Shown: one piece after another, positions 53,512 through 64,000 of the stretch
Layout of the letters: each line of letters opens with the position of its first letter
Numbering within the stretch: the stretch's first letter is position 1
Source of the DNA: Eledone cirrhosa
Taxonomy: Eukaryota
DNA length: 64,000 bases
Direction of reading: 5' to 3'
Assembly: GCA_964016885.1 (NCBI GenBank)
Contig: OZ024760.1
Location: 2,728,001-2,792,000 of the forward strand
Translations under genes and position numbers: made by a program
Notes under the pieces: model-generated
The model's database searches: none
The model's input: the letters and a program-made list of their open reading frames with translations, nothing else
What the model was told of the DNA's origin: nothing

Positions 53512-54800
53512 TGGTGGACTGGCTACTTTTTGTTGTGTCACCAGCCCAACCACCTTACAGGGTGGACTGGCTACTTTTTGTTGTGTCACCACTCCAACCA
53601 CCTTACAGGGTGGACTGGGTGCTTTTTGTTGTGTCACCAGCCCAACCACCTTACAGGGTGGACTGGGTGCTTTTTGTTGTGTCACCAGCCCAACCACCTT
53701 ACAGGGTGGACTGGGTGCTTTTTGTTGTGTCACCAGCCCAACCACCTTATAGGGTGGACTGGGTGCTTTTTGTTGTGTCACCAGCCCAACCACCTTACAG
53801 GGTGGACTGGCTACTTTTTGTTGTGTCACCAGCCCAACCACTTTACAGGGTGGACAGGTTGTTTTTTTTTTTTGTTGTGTCACCAGCCCAACCACCTTAC
53901 AGGGTGGACTGGGTGCTTTTTGTTGTGTCACCAGCCCAACCACTTTACAGGGTGGACAGGTTGTTTTTTTTATTGTGTCACCAGCTCAACCACCTTACAG
54001 GGTGGACTGGGTGCTTTTTGTTGTGTCACCAGCCCAACCACCTTACAGGATGGACTGGCTACTTTTTGTTGTGTCACCAGCCCAACCACTTTACAGGGTG
54101 GACAGGTTGTTTTTTTTATTGTGTCACCAGCTCAACCACCTTACAGGGTGGACTGGGTGCTTTTTGTTGTGTCACCAGCCCAACCACCTTACAGGATGGA
54201 CTGGCTACTTTTTGTTGTGTCACCAGCCCAACCACTTTACAGGGTGGACAGGTTGTTTTTTTTATTGTGTCACCAGCTCAACCACCTTACAGGGTGGACT
54301 GGGTGCTTTTTGTTGTGTCACCAGCCCAACCACCTTACAGGATGGACTGGCTACTTTTTGTTGTGTCACCAGCCCAACCACTTTACAGGGTGGACGGGTT
54401 GTTGTTTTTTTTGTTGTGTCACCAGCCCAACCACCTTACAGGGTGGACTGGCTACTTTTTGTTGTGTTACCAGCCCAACCACTTTACAGGGTGGACTGGC
54501 TACTTTTTGTTGTGTTACCAGCCCAACCACTTTACAGGGTGGACAGGTTGTTTTTCTTTTGTTGTGTCAACCAACCCAACCACCTTACAGGGTGGACTGG
54601 GTGCTTTTTGTCATAGCACCAGCACTACTGCTTTGCAGGGAGTACTGGGTGGTCTTTTTCATACTACTAGCTTGGTCAACATTACATGATGGACTAGGTG
54701 TGTTTTGTTGTGTCACCAGCACAACCACCTGAGAGGTGCTTTTTTTTGTGTCATCATCACAATCACCTTACAGGGTGGACAGGGTGCCTTTTTGTTGTGG
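53512..54800. repeat. 48-bp minisatellite, ~23 good units plus a degenerate tail
   Basis: GGTGGACTGGGTGCTTTTTGTTGTGTCACCAGCCCAACCACCTTACAG. Confidence 0.95.
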
Positions 54801-54881
54801 CAGCTGGACTGTGGGAAACCAGACACAGAGAGCAAAATATGCAATAATTAAATGAAATTAATTATTATCATTATTACAACA

Positions 54882-56650
54882 AGGGCGGTGGATTGGCATA
54901 ATCGGTAGAGCGTTGGACAACATGCTTCACAGCATAGAGTAATGGCCCTTTACGTTCTGAGTACAAATCCTGTTAGCTTTTCCTTTCATCGTTGCGAGGT
55001 CAATAAAATAAAGTACCAGTAATGTGCTGGGGTCGATTTAATCGACTTTCCTCTCCCCAAAAATTTCTGGCGTTGTGCCTATATAAGAAAACATTATTGT
55101 TGGATTGGCAGAATCGGTAGAGGGTCGGACGCCATGCTTTCCAGCATAGAGTTACGTCCCTTTACGATCTGAGTTCAAATCCCGCCGAGGTTGACTTTGC
55201 CTTTCATCCTTACGGGGTCGATAAAATAAAGTACCAGTAATGCACTGGGTAATTGCTGGCCTTGTGCCTAAAGTAGAAACAATTATTGTTATTACAACAT
55301 ATTGATTATAATAGTAATTAGTGTTTCAATATGTCATAATTAATTTGTTTTGTTTTTATTCAACCCCAGGGAAAACTAAATTTTCCACAAATTGTTTTTT
55401 GACAAGACAATCTGAGCATTGAGAAAATGTTATAGCAATAATTGTTTCTACTTTAGGCACTAGGCCAGCAATTATCCCAGTGTATTACTGGTACTTTATT
55501 TTATCACCCCCGTAAGGATGAAAGGCAAAGTTAACCTCGGCGGGATTTGAGCTCAGATCGTAAAGGGACGTAACTCTATGCTGGAAAGCATGGCGTCCGA
55601 CTCTCTACCTATACTGCCAATCAACCCAATAATAATAATAATAATAATAATTGTTTCTACTTTAGGCACAAGGCCAGCAATTTTGGGGGAAGGGGAAAGC
55701 TGATTAAATTGACTCCAGTGCATTACCGGTACTTTATTTATCGAGTAATGCACGGGGGGGGGGGGGGCGATTTAATGATAATAATGATTTTTCTACTTGT
55801 GGCACAAGGCCTACAATTATCTCAGTACATTACTGGTACTTTATTTTATCGACCCCGTAAGGATGAAAGGCAAAGTCAACCTCAGCGGGATTTGAACTCA
55901 GAATAATGGTGGTGGTGGTGGTGGTGGTGGTGGTGGTGGTGGTGGTGATGATGGAGAGGAGCAGGAGGAAGTGGAAGGGGGAGGATGAGGAGGAGGAGGG
56001 GAAGAAGAAGAAGAACAACAACAGGAACAGCAACAAAAACAACAAGAACATCAACACAAGCAACAACAAGTGCAACAACAACAATAAAAAACAACAGAGA
56101 AATATTATTTCCAAAAGGTTCTTTAATAAAGTATTTTATTCCAAATAATAAATCTAAACTAATTAAAAATATATAAAATAAAAATCCATTGATGTATCCA
56201 AGAGATTTATGTTGCCATATTTCTAGTAATCAATGGAGCTCTTCTGCTGCTTTTCACGTTCTAAAAAAGTCTAAAGTCTTAAACCCTTTAGCATTTACAT
56301 TATTCTATAGTAAGGGCGGTGGATTGGCCGTATTGGTAGAGGGTCGGACGCCATGCTTTGACTCATAGAGTTACGGCCCTTGCTATTCTGAGTTCAAATC
56401 CTGCCGAGGTTAACTTTGCCTTTCATTCTTACGGGGTCGATAAAATAAAGTACCAGTAATGCACTGGGTAATTGCTGGTCTTGTGCCAAAAGTAGAAACA
56501 ATTATATTATATTTATACGTCCCTTTACGGTCTGAGTTCAAATCCCGCTGAGGTTTACTTTGCCTTTCATCCTTACGGGGTCGATAAAATAAAGTACCAG
56601 TAATGCACTGGGTAATTGCTGGCCTTGTGCCTAAAGTAGAAACAATTATT
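54882..56650. mobile_element. Dense cluster of ~7 Deu/Nin-type SINE copies in both orientations
   Basis: Same unit as 1375-1840. Confidence 0.85.
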
Positions 56651-57236
56651 CTATAGTTACTATTGTATTTTCACAGTAAAGGCTTTATTTTACATAATTA
56701 TCTATGTAATATCAAATCTACGAGATTTTGATGTTGCTTATTTTGAGAACAATACCTTAACATCAGTATGAGCAGCCAGTTACGACTGGTTTGAACAGAA
56801 AGAGGTGAGAGAATTCTGGCCGGATATGGCCGGTTTGAATGCTAAAGGGTTAAGCCTTGAGGCTTATTTGGCCAGTGCTTATCATGCCGTGAAGTGACTG
56901 AGAGTACAAGACTCCCCCCTGGTCAGGGCACCAGTCTATAGCAGGGTTAAACCCCCCAGCTGTTGCTGGTACTCATTTTCAGCTGAGTATACTGGAGCAA
57001 CGTGAAATGAAGTGTTTTGCTCAAGAACACAACACGCAACCCAGGAATCGAACCCACGACATTATGATTGTAAGTCCAACACCCTTACCACTAGGTCACG
57101 TGACTCCACTTTTCACATAACATCATCATCATCATCATCGATTAACGTTTATCTTCCATGCTAGCATGGGTTAGATGGATTTGTCCCATTTAGAGGCAAG
57201 TTGGGTCAGGTGACCGTGTCTCGCTCATATAGGGGA

Positions 57237-57900
57237 GTGGTGGTGGTCATTGTTGTCATGGTGGTGGTGGTGGTGGTGGTGGTGATGATGGTAGTGGTGG
57301 AGGTGGTGATGATAGTGGTATTTGTGGTGGTGGTGGTGGTGGTGGTGGTAGTGATGATGGTGGTGGTGGTGATGATAGTGGTATTTGTGGTGGTGGTGGT
57401 GGTAGTGATGGTGGTGGTGGTAGTGATGATAGTGGTATTTGTGGTGGTGGTGGTGGTGATGATAGTGGTATTTGTGGTGGTGGTGGTGGTGGTGATGATA
57501 GAGGTATTTGTGGTGGTGGTGGTGGTGGTGATGATAGTGGTATTTGTGGTGGTGGTGGTGCTGTTTGTAGTGATGGTAGTGGTGGTGGCGGTGCTGGTGG
57601 TGTTTGCAGTTGTGGTGGTAGTGGTGGTGTTTCGGTTGTGGTGGTGGTGGTGGTGGTGGTGTTTGTGGTTGTGGTGGTGGTAATGTTAAAGGTTGTGATG
57701 GTGTTGGTGGTGTTTGCGGTTGTGGTGGTGGTAATGTTAAGGGTTGTGATGGTGGTGGTGGTGTTTGCAGTTGTGGTAGTGGTAATGTTAAAGGTTGTGA
57801 TGGTGTTGGTGGTGTTTGCAGTTGGGGTGGTGGTAATGTTAAAGGTTGTGATGGTGTTGGTGGTGTTTGTGAGGGTGATGGTGATGCTTGAGGTGGTGAT
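57237..57900. repeat. (GGT)n-based array
   Basis: Direct reading. Confidence 0.95.
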
Positions 57901-60599
57901 AGCAGTGTGTGTGTGGGGGGGGGGGGGCAGCTGTGTCTGGAGGAGAAGTATTAATATGTTTGGCTCTGAAGTACAACAGATGTTATGATATTTCCATTTT
58001 ATATCCTTTCAGTTTAGTCTCTCTTATTTTCACCTTTGCTCTGCTAACACTGTCTATATAATTGGATACAATTAATCTATGCATAATTAGAATCTAATTA
58101 ACTCTCAAGTAGTCCTACAGTCATCAGAAGGGAGGTAAGCATGAAAACCAAACTTGCTATTTTCAATTCAGGGTCTGTGCTTACCCTTACCAATGGTTAT
58201 TAACCCTTTACCATTAACCCTTTACTCTATATATACTATTGTATTTTTCTGGTAAAGGTTTTACCTTATATAATTATCTCCTATAATATCGAACCTATGA
58301 GATTTTCTTATTATTTATTTTGAGAACAATACCTTAACATAAGTATGAGTGACCAGTTACAGCCAGTTTGAACAGAAAGAGGTGAGAGAATTCTGACCAG
58401 ATATGACTGGTTTAAATACTAAAGGGTTAATGTTGGGTAATGGATTCGTAGTGGATTGGCAGCATTGATAGAGCATTGAATGCCATGCTTTGCAGCATAG
58501 AGTTTATGGCATTTTACGTTCGGAGTTCAAATCCCGCTGAGGTTAGCTTTACAAGGTCCATAAAATATAGTATCAGTAATACACTGGGGTCAATCTAATG
58601 AACTTTCCCCTCCCCCAAAATTGTTGGTCTTGTGCTTAAATCAGAAACCATTAATTTTTTGCATAAAAGTCAATGAAAGTTTAGAAAGTGCAGAAAATAT
58701 TGAATCTATGAGATTTTCTTATTATTTATTTTGAGAACAATACCTTAACATCAGTATGAGTGACCAGTTATGACTCATTTCAATGGAAAAAGGTGAGAGA
58801 ATTCTGGCTGGATATATTTACTATTATATTTTAATGGTAAAGGCTTTATCACACATAATTATCTCACATAATATTGAATCTGAGATTTTGATAATATTTA
58901 TTTTGAGAATAATACCTTAACATCAGTATGAGTGGCCAGTTACAGCCAGTTTGAACAAAAAGAGGTGAGAGAATTCTGGCCAGGTACGGCCAGTTTAAAT
59001 AATAATGGGTTAAACATGCCATACATGTTTTACTATCAAATATTTTACTCCTTTTTTTTTTCTTTTTTTCCATTTCTTTATAAATTGTCAACATATTCCA
59101 TTTGGAGTCAATTATTTTTATAACATCGATTTCTAAGAATAATCTAGAAACATTTATTTATTTATCATTATTTTTTTTTATTTTTGTTTTCTTTTTAATT
59201 TCAAGATTAATCCACATACAAAAAAAAAATGATTTTTTTTCTTTCTAAATTATTTACTTGAAAATTTAATTCCATATATCGAATTGGTATATTTTTTATT
59301 GTTTTTTTTTGTTACCATATTGTTTTTGCATTTTTTTGTTTTTGTGTGAGTGTTTTTTTTTCCATTTTATTTTTCTCCAAAGTCTGCTATCTTATTGATT
59401 ATAGCACCATTGTTTTGTTTATTATTGGAAAAGATATGGAAAATTCTAGGAGCTATAAAACCTGGCTTACACATAAACTACATTATCTTTTTAGAAGATA
59501 AATGGCAAATTTAGTTTTCACTCTAAATCACAGTGAATACTGATACCATATTATCATTATCTTTCACTCTCTCTCTCTTTCTCACTTTATCTCTTTTGTC
59601 TTTCTCTCTCTGTTTCTCTCACCCTTTCTCTCTCTCTCTCTCTTTGAGATATTTGGGAATTCTTTAAGATTCTTCTTATTCTTTTGACATCTCATAAACA
59701 CCATTCTTTAGCACTAAACTACTGTAGTAATTATATTCTAAGAATTACCAAAAATTTATTATCAATAACCCTTGAGAGTTACAAAATTGTTAATCTTTCT
59801 TGGTACCCCCCCCCCCCCCCAGCCATTTTCAAAAATAGAAGTAATATTCTGACAAAGTTCATTCTCATTAAATTAATAATTATAATTAAAAAATTCTTTG
59901 ATTAACTCTTTCCTCCCTCTTATTCTCAAGATTCTAACTGAGATTTTCAAATAATTTTGAAAATAATCAAGGATTTGTAGTCTTAACCCTTTAGCATTTA
60001 AACCGGCCATATCCAGCCAGAATCTCTCACCTCTTTCTGTTCAATCTGGCTTTAACTGGCCACTCATACTGACATTAAGGTATTGTTCTCAAAATAAATG
60101 ACACCAAAATCTAGTAGATTTGATATCATGTGAGATAATTATATAAGATAAAGGGCGGTGGATTGGCAGTATCGGTAGAGGGTTGGACGCCATGCTTTGA
60201 CGTATAGAGTTACGGCTCTTGCCATTCTGAGTTCAAATCCTGCCGAGGTTAACTTTGCCTTTCATCCTTATGGGGTTGATAAAATAAAGTACCAGTAATA
60301 CACTGGGTAATTGCTGGCCTTGTGCCAAAAGTAGAAACAATTATATAAGATAAAGCCTTTACCACAAAAATATAATAGTATATATATAGAGTAATGTAAA
60401 TGCTAAAGGGTTAAAGATATATCTAACTTTCTCATGAAGCTGAATTTTAGTACATAAATGTTATTACATAAAATTGTGATGAAAGGTTTGAGATAAATAT
60501 AAACACTTTAACCCTTTCATTACCATTTCTAATGAAAGAGACAATTTATGTCTTTCAAATAATTTTGAAAATAATCAAGAATTTGGAGGTATTTAGTAA

Positions 60600-60789
60600 T
60601 ACAGTGAAATTCTGTTATAACAAAATTCAAAGGTATAAAAAAATTTGTTGTAACGAAAAATTCTTTATAATGAGATCAACCAAAACAAATCAAGCGTTTG
60701 TTTGTTATTAGCTCAGAGATTGAAAAAAATGTTGTTATACTGAAAAATTTGTTATAATGGTATTCGTTATAACGGAATTTTACCTGTAT
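60600..60789. mobile_element. pogo/Tc1-type MITE
   Basis: TA-CAGTGAAATTCTGTTATAAC...GTTATAACGGAATTTTACCTG-TA with internal GTTATAA sub-repeats. Confidence 0.7.
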
Positions 60790-62557
60790 AGCAAATTTTC
60801 TCATTAATAAGCATAAAGTTCTTTCCATAAAATTAAGATGGAAGGTTTTTAGATAAATAAAAACACTTTAATCATTTCATTACCATATTTCTAATGAAAG
60901 AGACTATGATTTTCAAATAATCTTTGGAGAGTCTTAGGAATGTAACAAAATTTCTCATGAAGCTAGTGTTTGGAAGATAACTTAAAAGATGTTGATGTAA
61001 GGTTTTTAGATAAATATAAACGCTTTTGACACTTTCATTACCATAAATGAAAGATACTATGATTTTTAAATCAGTTTGAAAATAATCAAGACTGTTAAGC
61101 TGATATTTGGAATATAACAAATATTCTTACATAGAATTGTGATGAAAAGGTTTTAGATAAATTAAACAGGAGGAGGTTTCAGGTAGTTTGATATCAAAAA
61201 CGTTAACCAATTTGCTGAATGATTGCCTAAGTTGTATATATATATAACAAAAAAGGTGTGGTAAGATACCAGGTGAACCATAACACACCAGAGTACTTGA
61301 TACTTAGGGTAGTAGAGTGGGTAATAGTAAAATAGTCAGGACCCTGACGGCTGAACTCCAGCCGTTTCGCCAGCATTTGGTTCTAGCTGTCGAAACAGCC
61401 AGAGCTCAGCCGTCGGGGTCCTGACTCTTTTCCTATATATATGTATATGTATATCCATTTCTGTTTAATGTCAATTCTTCCATGCTTGCCTGGGTTAGGC
61501 AGGTCGTCCATGCCAGGAGGAAAGTCTTGCCATGGTTGGCCACGTAGCACCTTGCTTCAGTGAAGACAGTAAATTTAGCTGGGTATTTTACAGCTGATGC
61601 CCTTCCTAACACCTACCACATGTACAGTGTGGGACTGGATGGCTCTTTGATGAGGAGATGAGGAGGGACAGGCCAGTTCAGCTGTGTAATGGGTCGAAGC
61701 CATAGTTTAAGAGCCCGGTACTATATATATATATATATATATATATTAGGCCCCTCCAAACCAAGCATGCACCCCAACTCACTACCACTACTCCATCCTT
61801 CCACTCCCGCCAACACCACCATTTCTCTATAAAGTTATTTTGGTACCACAACACCCAGTCCAAACTAATGAGGTCGTGTAGGTATCACGACAAAAAAAAA
61901 AAAATACACAGTCCACGCTGTAATGTCGTTGAGTAGGTAACATGGTAAAAAGCTCCCAGTCCACACTGTAAATGTGGTTGGTGTTAGGAAGGGCATCCAG
62001 CCATAGAAAACCTGCCAGATAGTCCTATATGAGTGAGACATGGTCACCCGACCAATCTTGCCTCAAATGGGACAACTCCTGTCTAACCCATGCTAGCGTG
62101 GAAGATAGACGTTAAACGGTGATGATGATGACGATGATATATATATATATAAATGAAGTATTTCTTTTGGAAAGGTAAAGGAAAAGAGAGTGCTCTATGT
62201 AGGCTACAGAGCTTTTAAGTTATGTAATAAACAACATGAATTGGATTATTCTAAATGAAATAATTATCTTAGAGATAACTATATATATATAGAGAGAGAG
62301 ATAGAGAGAGATAGAGAGAGTTAATTCCACAACAAATTAATAAGCCATATTGGGGACAGGCGTTTCACTCGACAGATTTTCAACCCGGTGACTGCGGTGA
62401 GAATGGAAGTATATATAAGTGACTGGATTCTGTGCAGCAGATGCCGGCTGTTTGATGACCAGGGAGACGACTCAAATTAGACTTATATTGGGGAGACAAC
62501 TTTTGTTTGAGTTAGTTCAGTCCAGGTTAAACTTCTGGTTTTACTGGGTCCTTCCAA

Positions 62558-62880
62558 TTATGGAACATAAACTTCACAGCATGCATGGGGGCAGCGATTA
62601 AAACAATCATCTCTTGGGTTAAAGCAAGTGTTATCACATATCCTCTGCCATATATTCACTCTTTCGTCAATACACAGCTTATAGGACACTACTCCATTTC
62701 CATATGACATGGATTTGGTTAGAACTTTCCATTGAAAGGAGATATTCATGTCTGCATCCTTGAGTGACCATACATGGCTTTCCAGTTTCGACTATTGCTT
62801 ACCAGAGTGACTAAATGTCATCTGATGGTTAAGGAAGCATTCTTTAAACTGACCTTCCGACATACCTAAATATGGAGGAA
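62558..62880 (-). pseudogene. Degraded GIY-YIG domain of a PLE related to 21271-23070
   Basis: YLGMSEGQFKECFLNHQMTFSH..SHVWSLKD..FQWKVL..KLCIDE..CFN..RCPH is colinear with the intact ORF. Confidence 0.8.
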
Positions 62881-62906
62881 GTTATAGTTCACTTGAAGCA
62901 TTGTGT

Positions 62907-63296
62907 AATTAGGTATAAACGTTTGTATTTGTAAAGCCAAAACAATGCAGGTATGGACATAGAATATAAATGTAAATGCAAAAGATATTGTTGACAATTA
63001 GTCTTTTACCTTAGATTTATTTAAATGTCCTTAATTTTTGAGATAATATCTCTTCTTCGGAGGGAAGTAAAGCGGTTAAACCAGCGTTCTAAATAGCTTG
63101 CCAAGTTATCTAGAATACTGGTTTAACCGCTTTACTTCCCTCCGAAGAAGAGATATTATCTCGAAAATTAAGGACATTTAAATAAATTTAAGGTAAAAGA
63201 CTAATTGTCAACAATATCTTTTGCATTTGCATTTATATTCTATGTCCATACCTGCATTGTTTTGGCTTTACAAATATAAACGTTTATACCTAATTA
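62907..63296. mobile_element. ~390-bp imperfect palindrome with an HHR-like motif (63139-63173 +)
   Basis: Arms mirror about ~63101 with a few mismatches; CCT-CCGAAGA-a-GAGAT att ATCTC-GAAA-AT-TA-AGG. Confidence 0.7.
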
Positions 63297-64000
63297 TGTT
63301 TTGACCTCCAGCTGTTAATTCAGTCAAGTGCATGTAACATACGCCACATATATGTGTGTGTATACTTATACATATAAATATACATGCATATATGTATGTA
63401 TAAGTAGTAGATGGAAGAATATTGGTATACATTTATCTATTTTTTCTTCTTACTTATAATTTAAATTTGGCTGTTTATTTGATTATCTATTTAGTTAATT
63501 TCTCTCAACTAAGAAGAAAGGTTGGATAAATTTTATGTCTGCTCTTTAAACTTATAATTTTATATACATAGATAGATAGACAAATATATATATATATATA
63601 TCATCATCATCATCATCACCATTTTACGTCCATTCTTCCACGCTAGCATAGGTTAGACGCACTGTCAGGTGACCTTGTCTTGCTCATACGGATATATATA
63701 TGTGTGGGTGTGTGTGTATACATATGTATATATACATACACACACACACACATATATATATTTATTAAAATAACAGATTAAAGTTTAAGCAAAGAATCGA
63801 GCCCTCTTTGAATTTTAGTCTTCAAATTTATTATTATTACTATATATATACTTAGCTGCTATTTTTTTAGTAGTAATTGTAGACAGCAGGTCTTTGATTT
63901 TCCCGCTTTTACTTCGGTCCAGTTTACATACGGGTCACTTTTACGACCTTTCAGACCTTTATTTGCTGGCAGGAGGTTATATATTTTGTCATTCCTGGGA

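Noticed and set aside
52267-54732. Long Pro/Ser-, His- or Val-rich ORFs (also at 28.1-28.8, 33.8-35.0, 43.2-44.2 and 57.2-58.0 kb)
   Set aside because: Stop-free trinucleotide and 48-bp arrays open in several frames; no evidence of coding

Overview
Repeat-saturated, AT-rich eukaryotic DNA, probably intergenic or intronic. The SINE families and microsatellite load suggest a cephalopod such as Octopus (inference). I cannot support any host gene, and nearly all listed ORFs are microsatellite artefacts. The centrepiece is a 5'-truncated Penelope-like element (PLE; RT plus C-terminal GIY-YIG), present as a ~7.5-kb head-to-head palindrome (17.5-25.1 kb) with two hammerhead ribozymes (HHRs) per arm. 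Reading the small islands between (TA)n tracts by eye gives about 18 type-I HHR motifs in about 10 unrelated sequence families. They sit in short fold-back or direct-repeat units of PLE pseudo-LTR (pLTR) or retrozyme type. Several have atypical features: a U3:A8 core, a U.U or C.A pair at the base of helix II, 50-80-nt helix II domains, and palindromic helix III. Also present: RTE LINEs with a PHD-type finger inserted inside the RT, a bipartite non-autonomous RTE, CRE-like and R4/Dong-like remnants, several SINE families, piggyBac- and pogo-type MITEs, and 48-, 91- and ~117-bp satellites. All folds and family calls were made by eye and were not computed.
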